Source of the DNA: Nanohaloarchaea archaeon B1-Br10_U2g1
GTDB taxonomy: Archaea > Nanohalarchaeota > Nanosalinia > Nanosalinales > Nanosalinaceae
Length of the DNA: 58,675 nucleotides
NCBI GenBank assembly: GCA_001563875.1
Contig: LKMN01000003.1
Location: 1 to 58,675 of the forward strand
Reading direction: 5' to 3'
The notes below the pieces were generated by a model that saw nothing but the letters and a program-made list of their open reading frames with translations, was not told the origin of the DNA and searched no databases. The number at the start of each line of letters is the position of its first letter. Within the stretch, counting starts at the first letter, position 1. Made by a program: the position numbers and the translations under genes. Positions 46,186 through 55,934 of the stretch are shown here, piece after piece.

Positions 46186-46665
46186 ATGAAGGAATCCGAT
46201 AGAGATGCATTAATCGTAATGGTTTCAAGCGTTGTGATAGGGCTATCTCTATACAGTTTCAGTCTCGCGGAAACCGTGGCTCCTTTCTCCGAAGTACACC
46301 AGATAAGTACAGAGGACAACAGTTTGAAGCTTCATACCGGCTGCCACGAACTTGAGATGTATACCTCTGAAGGACAGTTGAACGCGATAGAAACCGGTTT
46401 ACAGGAAGTTGATACCGTTAGACCAACAACACATCAGCTGACAGAATCACTTATAGAGGGCTCCGGATCCAACGTAGATACGGTTGAGATCTACGGTTTC
46501 GAAGACGGCGCTTACCTGTCAGAAGTAGTTCTTGAGAACGGTGAAAGGGTTGATGCCCGGCCTTCAGACGGTGTAGCTTTAGCAGTTGAGGCCAACTCCT
46601 CTATAAGAATAGATAGAGGTCTTCTACACCAGCAAGGAGAATTTTTCTGCGACCACTACCTGTAA
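46186..46665 (+). CDS. DUF151/bifunctional-nuclease-family protein with N-terminal hydrophobic segment
   Basis: RPTTHQL, DG.Y, VDARPSDGVALA. Confidence 0.8.
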   Translation: MKESDRDALIVMVSSVVIGLSLYSFSLAETVAPFSEVHQISTEDNSLKLHTGCHELEMYTSEGQLNAIETGLQEVDTVRPTTHQLTESLIEGSGSNVDTVEIYGFEDGAYLSEVVLENGERVDARPSDGVALAVEANSSIRIDRGLLHQQGEFFCDHYL

Positions 46666-46699
46666 ACTGTCAAAAGGTTTCTGTACCAAACAGTTAGAC

Positions 46700-49600
46700 G
46701 TGAAAGTTGAAGACCTCGAGATACCTTCGCGGATAAAGAAAAAGTATCTCAGCTCCGGAATAAAGAAACTTAATCCTCCTCAGAAAAAGGCAGTTGAGAA
46801 CGGTTTAATGGCTGACGAAGATCTTATAATCGCTTCTCCAACCGCTTCAGGAAAAACATTTATCGCAGAACTAGGTATAGTGAATCAGGTTGTCAAGAAC
46901 CGGAAGAAAGCGGTTTACATCGTTCCTTTGAAGGCTTTAGCCTCCGAGAAATACGACGATTTTTCAGAGAGGTACGAGGAGCTGAACGTCATGATGTCAG
47001 TCGGAGACAAAGACGAGTCCGGAGACTACCTAGAGAACGCAGATATTGTAATCGTAACTTCTGAAAAACTGGACTCGATGCTGAGACACAACCCCTCGTG
47101 GATACATGATATAGGACTTGTTATAACAGATGAAATACATCTCCTGACCTCACCTAACCGAGGTCCAACACTAGAGATAACCCTGACAAGGCTGAGAGAC
47201 ATACTAGACTTCCAGATGCTTGGTCTATCCGCAACTATAAGCAACTCCAACGAACTAGCGGACTGGCTCGACGCAACACTCGTAGAGTCTGATTATAGGC
47301 CTGTAGAACTTGAAGAAGGGATAATACACGGCAACGAAATAAAGTTTTATCCTGAAGACTATCAGCCCGAGCAGGAGGAAGAGAAAAACGATTCACCGAC
47401 AAGCTTCAAAACAGGCTCCGAAATAAGAAGTAAAAAAACACCTGAAAACTCAGATAAAGCAATAATAAAAGACGGACACGGCAAGCCGACATTAAACATA
47501 CTAGAAGACACAATAAACAAAGAAAAACAGTGCATAATATTCTGTAACTCTCGCAAAGGATCAGAAAAAAGTTCAGACAGATGTGGAGAAGTTTCTGAAG
47601 AAGATTTAGATAGGGAAGAAGAACTAAAGCTAGAAGAGTACGCTGAAATAATAGAAAACACTCTAGGAACACCAACCAGCCAATGCAAACGATTAGCAGA
47701 AAACGTTCGGAAAGGCGCTGCATTTCACCACGCCGGTCTCTGTCTTTCAGGAGATTCCTTGATTCTTCATGCAGATGGAAGTTTTTCACGTATGGAAAAT
47801 CTGGTTAAAAACAGTAAGGAGACTGCTATCGGACTTTCTGAACATAAGATGGTCGAGTGCAATATAAAAGAAAAGTATGAATTAGATGAGAAACCTATTC
47901 TCAAGATTAAAACCAACAAAGGACGTGTAATCAAAGTTTCGAAGAATCACAGGTTGCCCATATTAGGAGAGGAGGGAATTATTTGGAGGAAATCAAAGAA
48001 TCTGAACGAAGAAGATAGAGTAGCCACACCAAGAAAAATTGATATAGACACCAAGATACCGGATCTGCGCGAGATGCTTAGAGAAAACGTTAGGACATAC
48101 AGAAAGCACGAAGAATTGGAGAACTTGGTCAAAGACCTAGATACAAATAAAATTGAAGGGTTTAGCACTAGGTATACTATAGACCGAAATATAACAGTAG
48201 GCGACCTTAGAACGATATGTAACAGGAAAAATGAATCGGCAAGCAAATATCTGAATACCGTGATGTCGAAAGGAGGTCGAAAACCTGTAGACATACCCGC
48301 AAGACTTGACAAAGATATTTCATGGGCTATAGGGGCTGTTGCAGGTGACGGGTATATTGATAATCACTCAGTAGTTTTAACCGGGAGCTGTGAAGAAATA
48401 ATAAACCGATTCCAGAAAATATGTAGTGAAAAATTCTCCAGGAAAGTCTCTTCTTCAGAGAGAGATGACGGAGTCCGGACAGTAGCTCTTAATGCCAAAG
48501 TTGTTGCAGATATTTTGAAAGACTTCTTTGGAATTCCAGAAGGCGAAAAGGCAAAAAATCTTCGGATGCCTGAAGTAGGTCTTCCCAACGAACTTCTAGC
48601 ATCATACATTAGAGGATTATTTGATACAGATGGATCGGTCAGCTGTAGAGATAACGCAGATGGCTCTCCCTGTATAGAGTTTTACACTGCAAGCAAAGAA
48701 CTGGCTACAGAGCTTCATACCTCCCTGCTCAGATTCGGGATAACCGCCTACAGGGACAAAAAAAAGACGGAGAGTAGAATAACAAAGCTAGGAGAACGTC
48801 AAATAAACACAAACGGGGATATACACAGACTCACAATTTATGGATCAGAACAGCTAAGAGAATATAGAGATACAATCGGATTTACGCATCCTAGGAAGAA
48901 ATCTAGGCTCGATGAGGCAATTAAAAACAATCCTAATGGCGGAAGAAATCAGAACGACATAATACCTAAACCAATAGGCACAAAAGTAAGAAAAATTCGT
49001 GGAAGCAAAAATCTCAGCCTTTCAAATCTTGAACCAGAAATCCCAAAATCAACATTATCGCGATTTGAAAATCATAAGACGCCGATAAAAAGAAAGACGT
49101 TCCAAAAACTAGCTAAAAAACTGGAAGACAAAGAGCTACAGAAAATAGCAAACTCCGACATCTACTGGGAGAAGATTACAGAGATAAAAGAGAAAGAACC
49201 AGAAAAACTCTACGATATAAGTACCTCAACAGAAAACTTTATAGCAAATGGTGTAATAGCACATAATACTACAGAACAACGTAAGGCTGTTGAAAAAGGT
49301 TTTAAAGAAGGATTTATCCGTTCAGTCTCTGCAACACCTACTTTGGCGGCAGGAGTGAATCTACCGGCTTATAGAGTAATTATGCGTGATTTAAAACGTT
49401 ATACAGGCAGAGGAATGGAATACATTCCTGTATTAGAGTATGAGCAGATGTCGGGGCGCGCAGGACGGCCAAAATACGATAATACAGGTCAGGCGATCAG
49501 TGTTGCGAAGAATCCTGGTATGACAGATGAAGTATTGGACCGTTACATTCTGGGTGAGCCAGAGCGTATACAGTCTAAGCTTGCTGCGGAACCGGTTCTG

Positions 49601-50485
49601 AGGATGCATACGTTAGCGCTTGTGGCCTCTAAGTTCTGTACTTCTATGGACGGTCTGCTTAGCTTTTACAGAAAAACGTTTTACGCCTATCAGTACGGCG
49701 ATATGAGCCAGGTAGAGTCAAAGATCGAAAAGGTTGTTAGACAGCTGCAGAAATACGGGTTTCTTGAAGAGACCGGTTTAGAAGCCACTAAGATCGGTAA
49801 ACGGGTTTCAGAGCTTTACATCGATCCGGACTCAGCCAATCTTATTATAGAGTCGCTACAAGAAGCAGAGGAAAAAGATGTGAAGCCGATATCCTATCTC
49901 TTTATGCTTTCAAGAACAACTGAGATGCAGCCTCGGCCACGTGTAAGAGACAAGGAGGCTTCCGATATCGAGGAAGCGCTTTTTGATGCGGAGAAGTACC
50001 TGCTTGAAGAATTGCCTAAAGAATGGAGTACTGACTACGAGCACTTCCTAGAGTGTATGAAAAACTCTTTGATGATGCAGGCATGGATCTCCGAGGTCGA
50101 TGAGGAAAGGATAATGGACAAGTACAATGTGGCACCGGGCGGTATAAGAGCTAAGATGCAGAACGCGGACTGGCTTGTATACGGATCTCAGGAACTGTCT
50201 CGTATGAAAGGTATAGATATTGGAAAGGACCTTGAGAAGCTTCGTCTAAGACTGAAACACGGCATAAGTGAAGAACTGCTATCTCTTATTAAGTATGACC
50301 AGATTGGTCGTGTAAGAGCTCGGAAACTGTACGATCACGGGATACGAGACAGAGAAACTATCCGAGAAACAGGTTTTGAGAAGCTGAAAAGGCTTATAGG
50401 GGAGAAAACTGCTCGGAAACTGAAGAAACAGGTGGGCCAAGAAAATATTTTTGATAGAGAGAACATAATGGATTATTTCGATTAG
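46700..50485 (+). CDS. hel308: Ski2-like helicase Hel308 precursor containing an intein (~752 aa after splicing)
   Basis: SPTASGKT, DEIH, LSAT, HHAGL, TPTLAAGVNLPA, QMSGRAGRP, GRVRARKLY. Confidence 0.95.
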   Translation: MKVEDLEIPSRIKKKYLSSGIKKLNPPQKKAVENGLMADEDLIIASPTASGKTFIAELGIVNQVVKNRKKAVYIVPLKALASEKYDDFSERYEELNVMMSVGDKDESGDYLENADIVIVTSEKLDSMLRHNPSWIHDIGLVITDEIHLLTSPNRGPTLEITLTRLRDILDFQMLGLSATISNSNELADWLDATLVESDYRPVELEEGIIHGNEIKFYPEDYQPEQEEEKNDSPTSFKTGSEIRSKKTPENSDKAIIKDGHGKPTLNILEDTINKEKQCIIFCNSRKGSEKSSDRCGEVSEEDLDREEELKLEEYAEIIENTLGTPTSQCKRLAENVRKGAAFHHAGLCLSGDSLILHADGSFSRMENLVKNSKETAIGLSEHKMVECNIKEKYELDEKPILKIKTNKGRVIKVSKNHRLPILGEEGIIWRKSKNLNEEDRVATPRKIDIDTKIPDLREMLRENVRTYRKHEELENLVKDLDTNKIEGFSTRYTIDRNITVGDLRTICNRKNESASKYLNTVMSKGGRKPVDIPARLDKDISWAIGAVAGDGYIDNHSVVLTGSCEEIINRFQKICSEKFSRKVSSSERDDGVRTVALNAKVVADILKDFFGIPEGEKAKNLRMPEVGLPNELLASYIRGLFDTDGSVSCRDNADGSPCIEFYTASKELATELHTSLLRFGITAYRDKKKTESRITKLGERQINTNGDIHRLTIYGSEQLREYRDTIGFTHPRKKSRLDEAIKNNPNGGRNQNDIIPKPIGTKVRKIRGSKNLSLSNLEPEIPKSTLSRFENHKTPIKRKTFQKLAKKLEDKELQKIANSDIYWEKITEIKEKEPEKLYDISTSTENFIANGVIAHNTTEQRKAVEKGFKEGFIRSVSATPTLAAGVNLPAYRVIMRDLKRYTGRGMEYIPVLEYEQMSGRAGRPKYDNTGQAISVAKNPGMTDEVLDRYILGEPERIQSKLAAEPVLRMHTLALVASKFCTSMDGLLSFYRKTFYAYQYGDMSQVESKIEKVVRQLQKYGFLEETGLEATKIGKRVSELYIDPDSANLIIESLQEAEEKDVKPISYLFMLSRTTEMQPRPRVRDKEASDIEEALFDAEKYLLEELPKEWSTDYEHFLECMKNSLMMQAWISEVDEERIMDKYNVAPGGIRAKMQNADWLVYGSQELSRMKGIDIGKDLEKLRLRLKHGISEELLSLIKYDQIGRVRARKLYDHGIRDRETIRETGFEKLKRLIGEKTARKLKKQVGQENIFDRENIMDYFD
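47741..49267 (+). mobile_element. Intein (509 aa) with LAGLIDADG homing endonuclease and HTH
   Basis: Starts CLSGDS after HHAGL; GAVAGDG and IRGLFDTDG blocks; ends YDI..NFIANGVIAHN|T. Confidence 0.95.
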
Positions 50486-50543
50486 TGGTCTCGGAGCTAC
50501 AAGTCTTTGAGATTAAGACTTAGTTCTTTTTGCTTTTAGAGGA

Positions 50544-50915
50544 CTATTCCGAAGGCTCTAAGAAGTTGGAAATATCTGTGAAGTCCTCTAATGTACCTAC
50601 AAGTTCTGCTCTGTTCCTCTCTTCTAACCTAGAATCTCCATAATCCAGTATTATTCTAAGCCTATAGACTGAGTTTCCATCCCGGAATTCGGAGATTATT
50701 TCGGCGTGCTCTTGTTCTAGCTCAAGATTGTGGTAGTTACTGTCAGGAAGAGTCTCTCTTATATTCTCTTTTTCTAGGCTGTAGCCGTGCTCTCTCACCA
50801 GTTCTACGGCCTTTTGGTACAGTTCATCTCCATTATACTGTTCTGAGAGTTTATTGTTTATCTCGTTAGCTATATCGTATATATCCTTGGACAAGTCGGC
50901 CCCTCTCCCTACCAA
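50544..50915 (-). CDS. Hypothetical protein
   Basis: Acidic ORF downstream of fbp on the same strand; start uncertain. Confidence 0.6.
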   Translation of the reverse strand: MVGRGADLSKDIYDIANEINNKLSEQYNGDELYQKAVELVREHGYSLEKENIRETLPDSNYHNLELEQEHAEIISEFRDGNSVYRLRIILDYGDSRLEERNRAELVGTLEDFTDISNFLEPSE

Positions 50916-50964
50916 CTACTGTTATGTAAAAATAATAAAAACATATCGAGATACAGCTTGCTTT

Positions 50965-51822
50965 TCAGTTCTTAAGTTCTTCTTCCAGTCTATTGATCAG
51001 TTCCGTGTTTCCGGCGTGGAACGGAACACGTTGATGTAAATCTTCGGCCTCGACATCTAAGATAGATTTTTCTCCATCTGTAGACGCTCCTCCAGCCATC
51101 TCTGCTATATAAGCCATGGGATTTCCCTCAAAGAGTAGTCTATACTTACCGTTCTCAGCATCCTTACAACTTGGGTAAGCAAAGATTCCTCCGTAATGCA
51201 GAATCTGATTGAAGTCGCCCACCAAAGCTCCTCCGTACCTAAGCTTGTACTGTTCCGAGATCTTGTTTTCAAACTTACAGAAGTTTTCAGTCCAGTTATT
51301 GTTACCTCCAAAACCATAAAGTTTGGGCTCCGGTAGTTTTAGACCTTCAGAAGCCAAATAAATTTCTATACCGTTGCTTTTCTTCCCTTCAACTACGTAT
51401 TCGTTTACCTCCCCGTTTTCCGCTCTTACTATACTTATTAAAGGGCCAAAGACTACGTAAAACGCCGAAACTATGTTTCTTCCACTGCAAGGAAGCTTTT
51501 CATCATATACAGCCACTATCGTCCCCACGATATTGTTGGTCGGTATATTTGAAGAACCGTCCAAAGGATCTACTGCAACTGATAGGCCTTCCCCACAGTC
51601 AGTTACCTCGCGCTCTTCTTCTGATGCATACTCCCCTACACCATCTATACAGGTTATTTTCTCTTTTAGAAGTTCGTTAGCCCATATATCGGCTTCTAAC
51701 TGGTCTTCTGAACTAGGATTTTCCGTCTGGATATACTCTCTTCTGTGAAGTAGACCAGAGTATATATGTGGAGCGGTTTCTGCGACCGCTTCAAAGATTT
51801 TCTCTACAGCCTCTTGAGTCAT
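50965..51822 (-). CDS. fbp: Fructose-1,6-bisphosphatase class I
   Basis: SEE, DPLDGSSN, LRYGGALVGD, GGIF.YP, RLLFEGNPMA, LHQR. Confidence 0.94.
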   Translation of the reverse strand: MTQEAVEKIFEAVAETAPHIYSGLLHRREYIQTENPSSEDQLEADIWANELLKEKITCIDGVGEYASEEEREVTDCGEGLSVAVDPLDGSSNIPTNNIVGTIVAVYDEKLPCSGRNIVSAFYVVFGPLISIVRAENGEVNEYVVEGKKSNGIEIYLASEGLKLPEPKLYGFGGNNNWTENFCKFENKISEQYKLRYGGALVGDFNQILHYGGIFAYPSCKDAENGKYRLLFEGNPMAYIAEMAGGASTDGEKSILDVEAEDLHQRVPFHAGNTELINRLEEELKN

Positions 51823-52604
51823 CTTTTGAAGATTACTTCTTCGAGCCTATCCAGGATTTCTTCAGGATTTTCTCTCTGAAAGACATTCCTTCCTACAGCT
51901 AGACCGTTTGCTCCTGCGTCTATAGTTGTTTGTACATCTTTTATGAATTCATCATCGCTTCTTTTGCTTCCCCCGCTCATCACTACTTTGGTCTTACCTG
52001 TTACGTTCACTACATGCCCCATATTTCCTTCCGATCCAGGATACTTTACCTTTACCATATCTGCTCCTAGTTCTAGTCCTAGTCTTGCGGCATAAGCGAT
52101 TACATCAGGATCTGTTGATCCGCCATAGTCTGAGTTCCCTTCTATACCTTTTCCACGAGGATAAGCCCACATTACAACAGGTACATCATATTTACGTGCT
52201 TCTTCCTGTACCTCACGGAAATCTTCCCACATCTTATCTTCGTATTTAGAACCAGCATACATTGTGTAGCCGACGGCTTCCGCTCCTAACTCCTCCACAG
52301 CATACCTTACAGTACACTGTTTCGGACTGTAGTAGTCTTCGCGTTCAGATAGATCAGAGTTTCCGTTAAGTTTTACCATCAAGTTTACATCATCCTTATA
52401 ATCAGGATAGTATGTTTCCGCTATACCTTTTTGAACAGCTAAACACGTAACAGCGTCGTGTTTAGCGACTTCGAATACATGTCTAGGATCTATGCTCTCA
52501 GGATTTGGCTTGAAATCGACAGGTCCGTGCTCTGTACCGTGATCGTAAGCTACTATTAGTGAGTTTCCGTTTCGTAGAATTGGGGAATCCGAGAAGTCTC
52601 TCAT
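51819..52604 (-). CDS. fba: Class I (DhnA-type) fructose-bisphosphate aldolase
   Basis: AYDHG.EHGP, W.YPRG, ELGADMVK..Y, SGG, G.AVGRNVFQ. Confidence 0.93.
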   Translation of the reverse strand: MRDFSDSPILRNGNSLIVAYDHGTEHGPVDFKPNPESIDPRHVFEVAKHDAVTCLAVQKGIAETYYPDYKDDVNLMVKLNGNSDLSEREDYYSPKQCTVRYAVEELGAEAVGYTMYAGSKYEDKMWEDFREVQEEARKYDVPVVMWAYPRGKGIEGNSDYGGSTDPDVIAYAARLGLELGADMVKVKYPGSEGNMGHVVNVTGKTKVVMSGGSKRSDDEFIKDVQTTIDAGANGLAVGRNVFQRENPEEILDRLEEVIFKR

Positions 52605-52658
52605 AATAACATATTGTATGACTCGGCACCGATTTTAAACTACCGGAATATAGACCGT

Positions 52659-52874
52659 TTAGTTGTGGTTGTAGGCGTCGTATATCTGCCACAGGTAAAT
52701 TATAGGTGTTGTAATTAATCCTATTACAGCGAAAGCTAGCAAACCGGATACAGTGAGAGCTATGACTATTCCTATAGCCTTGAAAATTTCTCCCTTAACA
52801 AGCTGTCCTAGCCCAGGTATTAGAAGCGACAGCAATGCAGGCACACCATGTTTCTGTTCGACATCTTTAGACAT
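52659..52874 (-). CDS. Small membrane protein
   Basis: ALLSLLIPGLGQ...G..W.IYDAY pattern, two TMs. Confidence 0.8.
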   Translation of the reverse strand: MSKDVEQKHGVPALLSLLIPGLGQLVKGEIFKAIGIVIALTVSGLLAFAVIGLITTPIIYLWQIYDAYNHN

Positions 52875-53054
52875 CGAAGAATGGTTCTACAGCCACTATT
52901 TTAACCATTTCGCCTGCCGTGTCTTTTCACTTGTCTCCACAGGTTTGGGGAAGGAGGAAGAGAACTACCGATATAGCTGATACAAGTCTTTTGCTGAGAG
53001 AGGTCAAATACTAAGACATGTACCGTATTAAACCTCAGGATAAAATAGGTCTAT

Positions 53055-53612
53055 ATGACACTGAAACAATCGGATCCTGATATATCTGTCGGCGAAACAG
53101 CTCCTAACTTTGAATTAGAATCTTACAATGGAGAAAAGGTAAGTTTAACCGATTTAGATAATTTTGACGGCGTACTAGTTATTTTCATGTGCAACCACTG
53201 TCCTTACGTTAAGACCCAAACAGATGAACTTCGTAAGCTAACCGAAGAGTTCCCAAGTATAGCTTTTGTAGGTGTTAATCCTAACACCGAGACGCATGAA
53301 GACGACAGTGTTGAAAAGATGGAGAAGTTTGTTGGTGAAAACAGTCTAAGCTCCAGCAACTTCTACTACCTTGTTGACAAAGACCAAGAAGTTGCAGAAC
53401 AGTATGGAGCTGTCTGCACACCTGATCCCTTCCTACTGGACTGGAGACACCGTCTGCACTACCAAGGACGTTTAAACGATAAGACGTCTCCTGAAGAAGA
53501 CGTGACTGAAAGGGAGATGAAGAATGTAATCGAAGACATGTTAAAGAGGAAAGACTCTCCCAAGGAGCAGAAACCAAGCCAAGGCTGCTCAATAAAGTGG
53601 AGAAACCAGTGA
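53055..53612 (+). CDS. Thioredoxin-like (AhpC/TSA) protein
   Basis: APNFEL, FMCNHCPYV, YGAVCTPD, S.GCSIKW. Confidence 0.9.
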   Translation: MTLKQSDPDISVGETAPNFELESYNGEKVSLTDLDNFDGVLVIFMCNHCPYVKTQTDELRKLTEEFPSIAFVGVNPNTETHEDDSVEKMEKFVGENSLSSSNFYYLVDKDQEVAEQYGAVCTPDPFLLDWRHRLHYQGRLNDKTSPEEDVTEREMKNVIEDMLKRKDSPKEQKPSQGCSIKWRNQ

Positions 53613-53618
53613 TACAAA

Positions 53619-54188
53619 ATGAGCTACACTATAAGACCGTCGAACCAAGACCTGAACAAGATTAAAGACATGGTTGATAGAGCCGTAAGCTCTTACCTCC
53701 ATTCTGTCAGTGTAGAAAACTTTGAAGTCTTAATTTCCTGGCAGGACTTCGATAGAGGCACAAGCGTCATAGATGCGGGTGAGGACAAGATTTCGCTCGC
53801 AGTTAACAAAGATATATCAAAGATCGAGTACGAGGAGCTTGAAGACTCTGTACTCACGGCTTTACTTGAATTAGAGTTTCTTAACTATTCAGAGCATAGT
53901 TTAGAGTTCAAATGGCAGGAAGTTCTCAAGTTTGCTTACGTAAAGATGAGGAAGTCGGAACTGACAGACTTCGAACCTGTAACTGATCATGAGCTTGAAG
54001 AGTACTGGAGCGGCGTGATTGAACAGCTTTCCAAAGATATCTCCGAGTACGACGAGTTCTTCTACACCAATACCGGATCTATAGGAGAGGCATTTGCAGA
54101 CTATCTAAAAGATGATTATAGCGCTGAAGAGGTTACAAAACTCAGGATGTCAGATGTTAAAAAGGCTGGAAAACAGGTTTTCAACTAA
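53619..54188 (+). CDS. Hypothetical protein
   Basis: 189-aa acidic ORF tightly packed between neighbours. Confidence 0.75.
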   Translation: MSYTIRPSNQDLNKIKDMVDRAVSSYLHSVSVENFEVLISWQDFDRGTSVIDAGEDKISLAVNKDISKIEYEELEDSVLTALLELEFLNYSEHSLEFKWQEVLKFAYVKMRKSELTDFEPVTDHELEEYWSGVIEQLSKDISEYDEFFYTNTGSIGEAFADYLKDDYSAEEVTKLRMSDVKKAGKQVFN

Positions 54189-54724
54189 TGAAAGCGGTCT
54201 TCCTAGGACGTTTCCAGCCTCTGCATAACGGCCATCATCAAGCCATCCAATCGGCTTTAGCTGAATATGACGGTCTAGAGATAGTTATAGGTTCAGCTGA
54301 TAAATCTGAAACCGAGAAAAACCCTTTAACGAGCAAGGAAAGGGAGGACATAATTAAGCAGTGTTTTCCCGAGATAGAGGTTCACCGGCTCGATGACTGT
54401 GAAAGCGACAAGGCCTGGGCAGAAAATCTGGCAGCACTTGAGCCAGAAGTCGTGCTAACAGGCAACCCTAACGTACAGGACATACTGGAGGAGTTCTCTA
54501 GTCTAGAATTCAAAAGACCTGAGATGTTTCATCCAGATATATATTCAGGCAGTGAAGTTAGAAGACGGATCAAATCAGATGAAGAGTGGAGATACCTGGT
54601 CCCAGAATGTGCTAAAGAGAAGATAGAACAGTATAAAGAAAAGATAAAGAGATCCGGTATCCAGTACAGCTTCGAACCAGGATGGAAAAGAGAGAACTCT
54701 AAACACGGCAAAGTAAAAAAGTAG
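54188..54724 (+). CDS. nadM: Nicotinamide-nucleotide adenylyltransferase-like protein
   Basis: GRFQPLHNGH, IGSA, NPL...ER, SGSEVR, W..LVP. Confidence 0.88.
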   Translation: MKAVFLGRFQPLHNGHHQAIQSALAEYDGLEIVIGSADKSETEKNPLTSKEREDIIKQCFPEIEVHRLDDCESDKAWAENLAALEPEVVLTGNPNVQDILEEFSSLEFKRPEMFHPDIYSGSEVRRRIKSDEEWRYLVPECAKEKIEQYKEKIKRSGIQYSFEPGWKRENSKHGKVKK

Positions 54725-54837
54725 ACGTTTAAACAGACACCGAAACAGATTTGGTCTAAACTGTGAAGAACCCGACTAACCTTTCTCATATGTTAGAAGT
54801 ACTAGTTTTTTATTCGGCTCTCTGAAAACCAGTATCT

Positions 54838-55863
54838 ATGGTAAACGTTGTCGTAAACGGAGTTGGGACAATAGGCAAAAGAGTGGCAGAAGCCGTTAAA
54901 AAACAGGATGACATGCATTTGTACGGTATCTCAGACGTTGCACAGGCAGGAGGTATCAGGACAGTCCTGATGGAAAATGCTCCGCTTCACGGCACCGATC
55001 TCTATGCATCAGACTCTAAAGGAAAACAGAACTTGGAGGAGCAAGGCTTCCATGTCAACGACATTCTTGAAAATATTTTACACGAAGTCGACATTGTAGT
55101 TGACTGTACGCCTCCCGGTATCGATAAAAGAAATAAAGAGAAACTTTACGAGCCGAACAATGTTAAAGCTATCTTCCAAGGAGGCGCACCTGACAGTGTC
55201 GGACCTGTAGCGTTTAACGCTCTAGCTAACTATGAAGAGGCGAAAGGAGAAGACTACGTAAAAGTAGTCTCCTGTAACACAACATCTCTTTCCAGAACAC
55301 TTGATGCTCTTGATAAAAGATTTTCTGTAGATAATATTGTTGCTAACCTTGTTAGGCGTGGAGGAGATATACCTCAAGACTCTCGAGGACCTATAAACTC
55401 TACGATACCTGTAACAGATGTTCCTTCACACCATGGACCAGATGTAAAGGCGGTTATGCCTCAGCTGGATATCAAAACCTTGGCTGTGAAAGTACCTGTA
55501 ACCTTTGGACACGTACACATGGTCAACGCCGATATAGAAGAAGACGTCTCGGAGGAAGATATTAAACAAGCATTCAGAGATCAACCCCGAGTAAAACTGA
55601 TCAAAGCCGGACACGGATACGACTCAACAGGGAAGATCCACGAGATGATGAGAGATCTAGAAAGACCTAGAAGCGATATGCCCGAAGTAGGTATCTGGGA
55701 GGAAACAGTAACCGTAGAGGACGGAACCGTCTACTGGATACATATGGTTCACCAGGAGTCCATAGTTGTCCCAAGCAATATCGATGCTATCCGCGCAATG
55801 TTCGAGACCGAGGACAGCGAAACATCTATCGAGAAAACCAACCAGACATTGGAAATAAGCTAG
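54838..55863 (+). CDS. gap: Type II (archaeal) glyceraldehyde-3-phosphate dehydrogenase
   Basis: NG.GTIGKRVA, FQGG, VVSCNTT, SHHGPDV, HQESIVVP.NIDAIRA. Confidence 0.95.
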   Translation: MVNVVVNGVGTIGKRVAEAVKKQDDMHLYGISDVAQAGGIRTVLMENAPLHGTDLYASDSKGKQNLEEQGFHVNDILENILHEVDIVVDCTPPGIDKRNKEKLYEPNNVKAIFQGGAPDSVGPVAFNALANYEEAKGEDYVKVVSCNTTSLSRTLDALDKRFSVDNIVANLVRRGGDIPQDSRGPINSTIPVTDVPSHHGPDVKAVMPQLDIKTLAVKVPVTFGHVHMVNADIEEDVSEEDIKQAFRDQPRVKLIKAGHGYDSTGKIHEMMRDLERPRSDMPEVGIWEETVTVEDGTVYWIHMVHQESIVVPSNIDAIRAMFETEDSETSIEKTNQTLEIS

Positions 55864-55934
55864 TACTCTCCACAGGGCGTACAGAGTCTGAACAATTCAG
55901 AAGAAATAAAGTTAACCGGATTAAACGGTACTCT

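Noticed and set aside
52950-53000. Two CTGA motifs suggesting a C/D RNA
   Set aside because: No credible C or C' box.
54760-54825. GTGAAGA followed by ACCCGACTAACC (possibly antisense to a 23S segment)
   Set aside because: D' and C' boxes are not consensus and spacing is off; complementarity cannot be tested without the rRNA sequence.
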